A stretch of DNA of 64,000 nucleotides from Acidobacteria bacterium RIFCSPLOWO2_12_FULL_67_14b (GCA_001768615.1 MELE01000027.1:52778-116777), one strand, 5' to 3'. Numbered from the stretch's first letter, positions 55,872 through 63,752 are shown. Numbers and translations are program-made. The notes: generated by a model from the letters alone, not told the origin.

Positions 55872-56759
55872 TTACACCACGATCTTGTTCAACGGGTACT
55901 CGACGATGCCCTGGCCACCGGCCAGCTTCAGCCTCGGGATCAGATCCCGTGCCGTCTTCTCCTCGAGAATCGTATTGATCGCGACCCAGTCGGGATCGCT
56001 CAGCGACGACACGGTCGGCCGTTGCAGCGCTGGCAGCAGCGCGAGCAGCGCCTCGAGGTCGGTGCGGCGCGCGTTCAGCATCAGGCCGACCCGCCCTTGC
56101 GCTTCGATCGCGGCCTTGAGCAGCAGCGCGAGGTTCTCGATCTTGGTCTTCTTCCACGCGTCGGCCATCGACGGTTGATTGGCGATCAGCTGGGTGTTCG
56201 ACTCCATGATGGTCTCGAGAATGCGCAACCGATTCGCGCGCAGCGTCGATCCGGTTTCGGTGGCTTCGACGATCGCGTCGGCGAGCACCGGCGGCTTCAC
56301 CTCGGTGGCGCCCCACGAGAACTCGACGTCGACGTCGATCTCCCTGGCCGTGAAGTAGTGTTTCGTCACGCGCACGAGCTCGGTCGCAATACGCTTGCCG
56401 TTCAGGTCCGCCAGGCTCTTGAACGGCGAATCCTCCGGCGCCGCCAGCACCCAGCGCACCTTGCCGAAGCTCTGCTTGGCATAGACCAGGTCGCAGATCC
56501 GGGCGAGCGGCGTCTGTTCCGGGTGGCCGATCTCGTGCTCCGCAATCCAGTCGAGGCCGGTGAGGCCGGCGTCGAGCACGCCGTCGGCGACGTAGCGCGC
56601 CATCTCCTGCGCGCGGATCAGCATGCACTCGATTTCCGGGTCGTCGATCGCGGGGAAGTACGACCGCGGGTCGACGCGCATCTGGTAGCCGGCGCGCTGA
56701 AACAACTGGACCGTCGCGTCCTGCAACGATCCTTTTGGAATTCCGAGCCGCAATTTCAT
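55872..56759 (-). CDS. hisG: ATP phosphoribosyltransferase, long form with C-terminal regulatory domain
   Basis: [13 protein letters not shown]..., 295 aa, with the C-terminal HisG_C-like segment present. Confidence 0.9.
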   Translation of the reverse strand: MKLRLGIPKGSLQDATVQLFQRAGYQMRVDPRSYFPAIDDPEIECMLIRAQEMARYVADGVLDAGLTGLDWIAEHEIGHPEQTPLARICDLVYAKQSFGKVRWVLAAPEDSPFKSLADLNGKRIATELVRVTKHYFTAREIDVDVEFSWGATEVKPPVLADAIVEATETGSTLRANRLRILETIMESNTQLIANQPSMADAWKKTKIENLALLLKAAIEAQGRVGLMLNARRTDLEALLALLPALQRPTVSSLSDPDWVAINTILEEKTARDLIPRLKLAGGQGIVEYPLNKIVV

Positions 56760-56782
56760 CTGGTTTCCCTTGTTTCGCGGAA

Positions 56783-57118
56783 CTAAAGTTCCGCGCTACC
56801 CGCACTTAGCTTGACTTCTGTGTAGAAGCAGCTGCGCTCGCCGGTGTGACACACATTCCCGTCTCCTTCGCGAGCCACGGCGATCAGCACTGTGTCTTCA
56901 TCGCAGTCGACAAACACCTTGCGCACCGCCAGGCGGTTGCCCGAGGTTTCGCCCTTCATCCAGAGCCGGTTCCGCGTCCGGCTGAAGAAGGTGACAAAGC
57001 CGGTCTGCCGCGTCAGCGCCCAGGCTTCCTCGTTCATGAAGCCCACCATCAACACCTCGTGGGTGGCCTCGTCCTGCACCACCGCCGGAATCAGCCCGTC
57101 CAGCTTCGTAAAATCCAT
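56783..57118 (-). CDS. hisI: phosphoribosyl-AMP cyclohydrolase (monofunctional HisI)
   Basis: IPAVVQD....VLM.GFMN.EA...T......FSR.R..LW.KGE.SGN and C.D.D...........CHTG motifs. 111 aa, so no HisE domain. Confidence 0.9.
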   Translation of the reverse strand: MDFTKLDGLIPAVVQDEATHEVLMVGFMNEEAWALTRQTGFVTFFSRTRNRLWMKGETSGNRLAVRKVFVDCDEDTVLIAVAREGDGNVCHTGERSCFYTEVKLSAGSAEL

Positions 57119-57125
57119 ATCAGCT

Positions 57126-57152
57126 CTCAGCCTTCAGCCTTCAGCCGTCGGC
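57126..57152. repeat. GGCTGAAGG word array immediately upstream of hisI
   Basis: The sense strand reads GCCGACGGCTGAAGGCTGAAGGCTGAGAGCTGAT-ATG. Confidence 0.85.
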
Positions 57153-57187
57153 AAAAAACAAAAAGCCCGCCGGTTTCCCAGCGGGCT
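57153..57187 (-). terminator. strong Rho-independent terminator 34 nt upstream of hisI
   Basis: The minus-strand RNA is AGCCCGCUGG-GAAA-CCGGCGGGCU (10 bp including one G-U, GNRA loop), followed by UUUUUGUUUUUU. Confidence 0.8.
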
Positions 57188-57225
57188 GTTGCGTCCTGAC
57201 GAATCTTATTGGGTTCGTCGTCGAC

Positions 57226-57300
57226 TTACGCGCAAGCTCCTGCCGGGCCGTTCAATGAACGGCGATGGTGGCCCCAGTGCGCGTGGTGGACGAACGACAT
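57226..57300 (-). promoter_or_regulatory. candidate His-rich leader peptide ORF MSFVHHAHWGHHRRSLNGPAGACA
   Basis: Hand-translated from the ATG at 57300 to the TAA at 57226. Five His occur within 8 consecutive codons. The stop lies 38 nt before the terminator stem. No clear SD. Confidence 0.35.
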
Positions 57301-57362
57301 GACGCAAGAAGCGTAATGGATCGGCCGGTCAAAAGGCAAATCACCCGCCGACTGACAGCGCG

Positions 57363-59057
57363 CTAGCGATAACCGCGCTGCCGGGCCATCCAGCGGGCCA
57401 CATCGTCGGCCGGTGCGGGGTGGCTGATGTAATAGCCCTGCGCCGCGTCGCAGCCAAGCTCGGTCAGCTGCTGGCACACCTCCGCGGTCTCGACGCCTTC
57501 GGCGACGACCCGCAGCCCGAGATTGTGCGCCACGTCGATGAGGCAGCGGACCAGTGTGTCGTCTTCGCCTTCCGACATCCCGAGCACGAATGACCGATCG
57601 ATCTTCAGCTCGTCGACGGGCAGCCTTCGCAGGTAGCTGAGCGACGAGTAGCCGGTCCCGAAGTCATCGATCACGATGCGCACGCCCATGTCGTGGAGGA
57701 TCTGCAGGCAGCGGGCCGAGCCGTTTGGGTCCGACATGATCATGCTCTCGGTGATCTCGATCGACAGCCGCGACGGTGGCATGCCGTGCTCGACCAGGAT
57801 CTCGTGGATCCGGCGCGGAAACGCCGAATGGTGCAGGTTTCTCGGCGACACGTTCACCGCGATGGTGCACGGCGTCGGCAGAATCGACGGCGGCCACTCC
57901 GACAGCGCGCGCCCGACCACGAACGACGTCAGCGGATTGATCAGCCCGGTGTGTTCCGCCACCCGCATGAAATGCGCCGGCGGCAGCCGGCCTTGTTCCG
58001 GATGCTCCCAGCGGACCAGCGCCTCGACCGCCACGGTCGTGCCCGCGCGCAGGTGCACAATCGGCTGGTAGTCGAGGACGAACTGCTGCGCGTCGATGGC
58101 CTTGCGCAGCGCCGCGGCGAGGCCCACGCGCTCGTAGTCGCGCGGGTCCCGCCCGGCGACGTACACCGAGTAGCCCGCCTTGTCGTTCTTGGCGATGTAC
58201 ATCGCCGCGTCGGCGCGCTGCAGCAGTTTATCGCCATTTGACGCGTGCACCGGGTAGCCGGCAATGCCGATGCTGGCGGTGACCATCACGGCGCGGCCGT
58301 CGGCTTGGAACGGGTGCTCGAGGTCGTGCAGGACCTTGCGCGCCGCCAGCTCCGCGCGGTTGACGTCGGTGGCCGGCATTAGCACGGCAAACTCGTCGCC
58401 GCCGAGGCGCGCGACGGTGTCCGACGCGCGCAGCGTCCCCTTCAGCCGGGACGCCACCTCCTGCAGGACCTGGTCGCCGGCATGATGGCCGAGCGCGTCG
58501 TTGACCTCCTTGAAGCCGTCCAGGTCGAGCACGAGCAGCGCGAGGCTTTTCTCGTCGCGGTGCGCGTGCAGGATCGCCTGCTGCAGGCGGTCGTGCAGCA
58601 GCGCGCGATTGGGCAGGTCGGTCAGCAGGTCGTGATACGCGAGGTAGGCGACGCGCTGGTTGGCCAGGTTGTGCTCGCGGCGAACCGCGGCGTCGCTCAG
58701 CTCGCGCTCGACGGCCGGCGCCAGGCGCGCCAGGTTGCCCTTGACGATGTAGTCCTGCGCGCCGGTCCGCATGGCGGCGACGGCGGTCTCTTCGCCGATC
58801 GTGCCGGACACAAAGATGAACGGCACATCGAGGTCGTGCTCGCGGACGATGGCCAGGGCCTTCGAGCCGCTGAAGCCGGGCATCGTGTAGTCGGCGATCA
58901 CGATGTCCCACTGGGCGTCGACGAGCTCGCGCCGCAGCGCTTCTGCGGTGTCGACGCGCATTGCGAACACGTCGTAGCCTGCAGCCGTCAGTTCCCGGGC
59001 CACAAGTGTCGCGTCGTCTTCGACGTCTTCGACCAGGAGCAAGCGCAGGGGGGTCAT
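57363..59057 (-). CDS. response regulator receiver - GGDEF - EAL protein (c-di-GMP turnover)
   Basis: REC (LLLVEDVEDD...IADYTMPG), GGDEF (RLGGDEFAVL), EAL (VEALVRWEHP). Confidence 0.9.
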   Translation of the reverse strand: MTPLRLLLVEDVEDDATLVARELTAAGYDVFAMRVDTAEALRRELVDAQWDIVIADYTMPGFSGSKALAIVREHDLDVPFIFVSGTIGEETAVAAMRTGAQDYIVKGNLARLAPAVERELSDAAVRREHNLANQRVAYLAYHDLLTDLPNRALLHDRLQQAILHAHRDEKSLALLVLDLDGFKEVNDALGHHAGDQVLQEVASRLKGTLRASDTVARLGGDEFAVLMPATDVNRAELAARKVLHDLEHPFQADGRAVMVTASIGIAGYPVHASNGDKLLQRADAAMYIAKNDKAGYSVYVAGRDPRDYERVGLAAALRKAIDAQQFVLDYQPIVHLRAGTTVAVEALVRWEHPEQGRLPPAHFMRVAEHTGLINPLTSFVVGRALSEWPPSILPTPCTIAVNVSPRNLHHSAFPRRIHEILVEHGMPPSRLSIEITESMIMSDPNGSARCLQILHDMGVRIVIDDFGTGYSSLSYLRRLPVDELKIDRSFVLGMSEGEDDTLVRCLIDVAHNLGLRVVAEGVETAEVCQQLTELGCDAAQGYYISHPAPADDVARWMARQRGYR

Positions 59058-59271
59058 GTAACCACGACCAAACTCTGACTCATGGGCAAGATTCGTACCC
59101 CTGCACAGCGAGTGCTCAACCGATACAAATCGCTGGAGTTAGAGCGTGCAGGCGGCCGAGCTGGAGGAAGCCGCGGTGCTCCGATATGGAACACAGGCCT
59201 CAAAACCGTCTGACTTCTGCGGATCTTGAAACCGGCGGCTATCAGGTGTGCGGCAAACGGCGAAACCGGGT

Positions 59272-60861
59272 TTATTGGATCGGCTTTGCGGGCGGCAGGC
59301 CCTTGCGCGGAAGCTTCTCAGGCGTGTTGGCGGCATACCAGGCAAACACGGCCGCGACGGCGCCCTGCTGGATCACGTCTTCGCGCTGCACGTGATCGAA
59401 CGTGTCCATATTCGAGTGATGCGTCCGCGAGTTGTACTCGAGGCGCTCCTGGATGAACTGGAATCCCGGCAGCCCGGCGTTCTCGAACGATCCGTGGTCG
59501 GTCTGGGTCACGGCCCGCGGGCTCACATTCCTGAACCCGAGGTCCTTCACCGACTGGCCCCACTCTTCGAACAGCTTGATCGCGCCCAGGTTGCCCTGGC
59601 CCCAGACGCCGAGGATGCGCCCGGTGCCGTTGTCGAGATTGAAGTAGGCCTGCACCGACGGGTGCGCCGGTTTGGGCGTGTTGCTCGCGAAGTCGTAGTA
59701 ATGCTGCTGCACGTAGGCGCGCGATCCGAGCAGGCCCTGTTCTTCGGCGGCCCAGAGCGCCAGCCGAATCGTGCGGCGCGGCTTCAGGCCGAGCGCCTGG
59801 ATCGCGCGCACGGCTTCGATCATGGCGCTGCTGCCCGTCGTGTTGTCGGTGGCGCCGGTCGCATACGGATAGGTATCGAAGTGCGCGCCCATGATCACGA
59901 CTTCGCTTGCCAGGTCGGTGCCCGGGATCTCCGCGATGATGTTGAAGGCGTTGCCCGCCGGATCGGTTTCGGGATGGAACTTCGTCTGGATGTTGACCTC
60001 CATCCGGACCGGCTGCCCGCGGTCGATCAGCCGGACAATGCGGTTGTAGTGCTCGACGGCGAGGGTGGCCGAGGGCACCTGCTGCGGCATCTTGGGGTCG
60101 CGGCTGCCGCCGTTGCCGGGAAAAATCGTGCCGCCGTCCGCGCGCTGGGTCTGCCACGACAGGTCGCTGCCGCCCGCGGACAGATCGCCATCGGGCCCGC
60201 GATCGAGCACGGCGGCCGCCCCTTCGGCGGCGAGGAATCGCTGCACCGCGCCGGCGAACGCTTGCGCACCTGACGCACCTGACGCACCTGATGCACCCGC
60301 CGGAATCGGCGTCTTCATGGCCTCGTCCCACTCCGCGTCGCCCATGCGGAGGATGATTCGCCCGTCCAGCATGCGAACCGGACGTGCGGCCTGGAGGATC
60401 ACGATCTTGCCCTGCAGCTGACCCTTGTACTTCGCCAGGTCCGCCTCGCTGGCCGCCCGCACGTGCACGACGTCGGCGAGCACCGGCCCGTTGGTCGGGG
60501 GCGAGTACCACCGAGGCTGGCCGACGAGCGACGCGGTCTGCGGCGTCACCATGTGGACCGAGAAGCGTTCGATCGTCCAGCCCTGGCCGAACGGGAAGCG
60601 CTCGGTGTGGACGTTCTTGAGGCCCCACTCGGTGAACTTCTTCATCGCCCACTCGGCGCCCTGCGTGTAGCCGGGCGTGCCCGTGGCACGCGGCCCGAAG
60701 ACCTCCGACAGCCACCAGTGCGTCTCCATGGCCTGCGACCGCGCGATCGCCTCGGCGCGGATGCGGCCGATGGTGGCCAGGTCGAGGCCGGCCGGCGCCT
60801 GGGCCAGGCCGCTGGAGGAGGCGAGCAGAACGATGGAGAGCAGAGCAGCCGCGCGTGTCAT
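59272..60861 (-). CDS. M28 family aminopeptidase with PA domain, secreted
   Basis: Signal peptide MTRAAALLSIVLLASSSGLAQA and M28 motifs (AHFDTYP, ATDNTTG, WAAEEQGLLGS, DHGSF). Confidence 0.85.
   Translation of the reverse strand: MTRAAALLSIVLLASSSGLAQAPAGLDLATIGRIRAEAIARSQAMETHWWLSEVFGPRATGTPGYTQGAEWAMKKFTEWGLKNVHTERFPFGQGWTIERFSVHMVTPQTASLVGQPRWYSPPTNGPVLADVVHVRAASEADLAKYKGQLQGKIVILQAARPVRMLDGRIILRMGDAEWDEAMKTPIPAGASGASGASGAQAFAGAVQRFLAAEGAAAVLDRGPDGDLSAGGSDLSWQTQRADGGTIFPGNGGSRDPKMPQQVPSATLAVEHYNRIVRLIDRGQPVRMEVNIQTKFHPETDPAGNAFNIIAEIPGTDLASEVVIMGAHFDTYPYATGATDNTTGSSAMIEAVRAIQALGLKPRRTIRLALWAAEEQGLLGSRAYVQQHYYDFASNTPKPAHPSVQAYFNLDNGTGRILGVWGQGNLGAIKLFEEWGQSVKDLGFRNVSPRAVTQTDHGSFENAGLPGFQFIQERLEYNSRTHHSNMDTFDHVQREDVIQQGAVAAVFAWYAANTPEKLPRKGLPPAKPIQ
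60262..60303. repeat. in-CDS 9-nt word array (sense GGTGCATCA GGTGCGTCA GGTGCGTCA GGTGCGCAA) encoding GASGASGASGAQ
   Basis: Read directly. It matches 21053..21094 in an unrelated gene at 34 of 42 positions. Confidence 0.85.
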
Positions 60862-60877
60862 GGACGAGTCCTCAACG

Positions 60878-60965
60878 AAAAGAAACCACGAAGATCACGA
60901 AGCACCTCGAAGAACACGAAGTAATCTCTTCCGAACGCATTCTTCGTGGCCTTCGTGGTTTCGTT
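60878..60965. repeat. ACCACGAAG-word hairpin element, copy 5
   Basis: AAAAGAAACCACGAAGATCACGAAGCACCTCGAAGAACACGAAG, loop, then TCTTCGTGGCCTTCGTGGTTTCGTT. Confidence 0.9.
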
Positions 60966-60968
60966 AGA

Positions 60969-63053
60969 TCACTGTTGCGCCGTGGTGGTCACGCCGGGTG
61001 CGCGCTTGTACTTGTCGAACCAGTAGCGCAGGTACAACTGCGTGCGGATGAAGTTCGACGGCGTCGTCGTCGTGCCGTGCCATTCGTTGTTCATCCGCAG
61101 CATCGCGGTCGGCACCTTGCGCAGCTTCAACGCGCTGTAGAACTGCTCGGTTTGCGGCATCGGCGTCCGCAGGTCCTGCACGCCGGTCATCAGCATGGTC
61201 GGTGTCTTGACGTTGCCGACGTAGCTCAACGGCGAGCGGCGGAAGTGCTCGCTGGGATCCTCCCACGGCAGCTTCGCAAAATTGTTGTACCAGCCCGCGC
61301 TGTCGGTGGTGCCGACGAAGCTCACCCAGTCGATCACGGGGCAGTTGGCCGACGCGGCCGCGAAGCGATCCGTCTTGCCGACGATCCACGCCGTCAGCAC
61401 GCCGCCGCCGCTGCAACCGGTGACGAACATGTTGCGTTCGTCGATAAAGCCCTTCTTCAGCAGCTCGTCGACGCTGCCCATCAGGTCGTCGTAGTCCTTG
61501 CTCGGATAGGCGTTGTTGATCTGGTTGCCGAACGCGCTGCCATAGCCCGTGCTGCCGCGCGGGTTCGAGTAGAGCACGACGTAGCCGTTGGCGGCGTGCT
61601 CCTGCCAGCCGTAGTTGAAGCCGACGCCGTACATGCTGTGCGGCCCGCCGTGGATGTGCAGCTGCATCGGGTACTTCTTCGTGGCATCGAACCCCGGGGG
61701 CGTGATGTACCAACCCTGGATCTTCAGGCCGTCCGCCGACGTGTAGGTGATCTCCTTGACGTCGCCGAGCTTCTTGCCCTTGAGGATGTCGTCGTTGACC
61801 CACGTCAGCTGCTTGATCTGCTGCGGTGAGGCGATGTCGTAGGTCACGATGTCCGGCGGCGCCTGGAACGACGTGGACACGCCGACGGCCTTGCCGGTCT
61901 TGCTGATGCTCGTCGTCGTGAGCATGTGCGTGCCCTTCGTCACCGGCTGAACGGCATCGCCACGCGTGCCGGCCAGCGGCAGCACGTAGAGGTTCTGGAC
62001 GCCGGTGTCCTGCGCGGTGAAGTACAGGCCCGTGCCGTCCGCCTTCCACTGCAGGCCCTGTGGCGAGCGGTCCCAGTCGCCCGAGACCAGGCGCGGATTG
62101 CTGCCGTCGACGTTCATCACGTACACCTTGCTGTCGGTCCAGGTGTTGCGCGAGGCATCCATCCCCGTATAGGCCACGAGCTTGCCGTCGGGCGAGACCT
62201 TCGGTCCGTTGTCGGGACCCTTGCGGCGCGTCAGCTGCGCGATTGCGCCGGTCTCGACGGTGACGGCATAGATTTCCGATTCCCGGAACTCGTAGTCGGC
62301 GTCGGGAATGCGCAGCGAGGTGAAGAGGATCTGCTTGCCGTCGGGCGTGAACTCGACGCCGTTGTGATCCCAGTCGCCACTAGTCAGCTGCCGCGGCGTG
62401 CCGCCGGTGGCGGGCACGACGAACAGATGCCTGAACCCGTCGTCGTTGAAGCCCTGGCGGTCCTGGCGGTAATCGAGCCGTTCGACGATGCGGGGGGATT
62501 CGACCCACTTGGCGCCTTCAGGTCTGTCGGGCATCTTGATCGACCAGACGTTCTTCTTCTCGACCTGCATGGCGAAGGCGAGCGACTGGCCGTCGGGCGA
62601 CCACGTCACGTTGGCGGGCGACTTGTCGATGTGCGTCACCGGCGAGATGGCGCCTTCGGCGTCCATGTAGCGCACGAAGATCTGGGAGCCCTTCGGATCG
62701 CCCTGCGCGGTGTAGGCGATGCGATCGCCCGAGGGCGACCACCGCGCGCTGCTGCCGCGCACGAGGAAGCGGTTCCTGCTGCCGTCGGCGTTCATGATCC
62801 ACAGAGACGACTCACGCTTGTCGTTGACCTTGTCGATCCACCCGCGTGTGTAGATGATCTGCGCCCCGTCGGGCGACAGCTGGGGATCGGACACGGTCTC
62901 GAATTCCCAGTAGAGGTCGAGGGTGAGCCGGTCGTTGGCGACATTATTCTGAGTAACATTATTCTGAGTAACATTATTCTGAGTAATAGTGTTCTGGGCC
63001 GCGAGCACGACGGGCAACGACGCAAGAGCGAACGCGACGAGCAAACGGCGCAT
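60969..63053 (-). CDS. S9 family peptidase with TolB-like beta-propeller, secreted
   Basis: ATG at 63053 (MRRLLVAFALASLPVVLAAQ) with GGGAGG upstream. Nucleophile motif GCSGGG. The ORF-track extension to 63464 overlaps vapC and is rejected. Confidence 0.85.
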   Translation of the reverse strand: MRRLLVAFALASLPVVLAAQNTITQNNVTQNNVTQNNVANDRLTLDLYWEFETVSDPQLSPDGAQIIYTRGWIDKVNDKRESSLWIMNADGSRNRFLVRGSSARWSPSGDRIAYTAQGDPKGSQIFVRYMDAEGAISPVTHIDKSPANVTWSPDGQSLAFAMQVEKKNVWSIKMPDRPEGAKWVESPRIVERLDYRQDRQGFNDDGFRHLFVVPATGGTPRQLTSGDWDHNGVEFTPDGKQILFTSLRIPDADYEFRESEIYAVTVETGAIAQLTRRKGPDNGPKVSPDGKLVAYTGMDASRNTWTDSKVYVMNVDGSNPRLVSGDWDRSPQGLQWKADGTGLYFTAQDTGVQNLYVLPLAGTRGDAVQPVTKGTHMLTTTSISKTGKAVGVSTSFQAPPDIVTYDIASPQQIKQLTWVNDDILKGKKLGDVKEITYTSADGLKIQGWYITPPGFDATKKYPMQLHIHGGPHSMYGVGFNYGWQEHAANGYVVLYSNPRGSTGYGSAFGNQINNAYPSKDYDDLMGSVDELLKKGFIDERNMFVTGCSGGGVLTAWIVGKTDRFAAASANCPVIDWVSFVGTTDSAGWYNNFAKLPWEDPSEHFRRSPLSYVGNVKTPTMLMTGVQDLRTPMPQTEQFYSALKLRKVPTAMLRMNNEWHGTTTTPSNFIRTQLYLRYWFDKYKRAPGVTTTAQQ
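62941..62985. repeat. three perfect tandem copies of the AT-rich 15-mer ACATTATTCTGAGTA inside the S9 peptidase CDS
   Basis: Read directly. It encodes (NVTQN)x3 just after the predicted signal-peptide cleavage site. Only 4 of the 15 bases are G or C, in a GC-rich gene. Confidence 0.9.
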
Positions 63054-63112
63054 AGAGCCTCCCAGGGCGTGCAGCGTTACCGTATGGAAGGTGGATTCTA
63101 ACGCGTTTTCGG

Positions 63113-63517
63113 TCACCAGTAGAGCGAGACGCCGTATTCCTCGAAGACTTCGTCGCCGCTGGCGATCGACACACCCTCCACCTGAGCCTGGGCGATCAGC
63201 ATGCGGTCGAAGGGGTCGCGATGATCGCCGGCCAGCCGTCCGGCATGCTCGGCGTGGCGAATCGTGATCTCGAGCTCCGAGAACCCCTGGCTCGCCACAA
63301 TCCGGCCGACGTCCGCAGCGACAGCTTCGGCACCGGGCAGCTTGCCGAGGCGCCACTTCGTGGTGATTTCCCAAGCCGACGCCGCGCTGACATAGATAGT
63401 GTTGCCGTTCGCGCCGATCTGGCGCCTGACCCGCGCGGGCAGGCGGCGGTCGCCGTCGAGCCACCAGAGAAACGTGTGGGTGTCGAGCAGCAGGCGCACG
63501 TCACCCGTCCCAGCCAT
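63113..63517 (-). CDS. vapC: PIN-domain ribonuclease toxin (VapC-like)
   Basis: RLLLDTHTFLWW..., VSAASAWEI and DPFDRMLIAQA are PIN motifs. The start is either ATG 63517 or GTG 63499. Confidence 0.85.
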   Translation of the reverse strand: MAGTGDVRLLLDTHTFLWWLDGDRRLPARVRRQIGANGNTIYVSAASAWEITTKWRLGKLPGAEAVAADVGRIVASQGFSELEITIRHAEHAGRLAGDHRDPFDRMLIAQAQVEGVSIASGDEVFEEYGVSLYW

Positions 63518-63734
63518 CCAGCTCGGCCGCCGGCAGCGGCTCGAAGAACGCGTCGGTGACGCGGGCCCGGCCGCGCATCGCGCCGAACTTCCGCACCTGA
63601 ACCTCGGCGTCAACGCGGACTAGTCTGGCCACCGGCGTCTTGCGCCGGGCGATGACGATCTCTTCACCCGCTTCGACACGTTCGATCAGCTTGGACAGGT
63701 GCGTCTTTGCCGCGTGTACCGTGAACACTTTCAC
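63501..63734 (-). CDS. Phd/YefM-family type II antitoxin
   Basis: MKVFTVHAAKTHLSKLIERVEAGEEIVIAR. GTG start. It abuts or overlaps the toxin gene. The palindrome CTTAGCTAAG (63743..63752) lies just upstream. Confidence 0.85.
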   Translation of the reverse strand: MKVFTVHAAKTHLSKLIERVEAGEEIVIARRKTPVARLVRVDAEVQVRKFGAMRGRARVTDAFFEPLPAAELDGWDG

Positions 63735-63742
63735 CAGCCAAT

Positions 63743-63752
63743 CTTAGCTAAG
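63743..63752. promoter_or_regulatory. candidate TA operator, perfect 10-bp palindrome CTTAGCTAAG
   Basis: Read directly, 9 nt upstream of the antitoxin GTG, in an AT-rich patch. Confidence 0.35.

Noticed and set aside
59058-59271. 214-nt gap upstream of the GGDEF-EAL gene as a possible sRNA or riboswitch
   Set aside because: I could see no conserved riboswitch-like motif, terminator or word array. Apart from the weak sigma-54-like match reported separately, nothing supports an RNA gene.
60969-63464. 831-aa version of the S9 peptidase ORF extending over the vapC gene
   Set aside because: The extension is Arg/Pro-rich shadow sequence overlapping vapC. The ATG at 63053 gives a classic signal peptide and has a GGGAGG RBS.
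63113-63734. Toxin-antitoxin pair as a novel system
   Set aside because: It is a standard Phd/YefM-type antitoxin with a PIN (VapC) toxin, which is a well-described pairing. It is annotated as a feature only.
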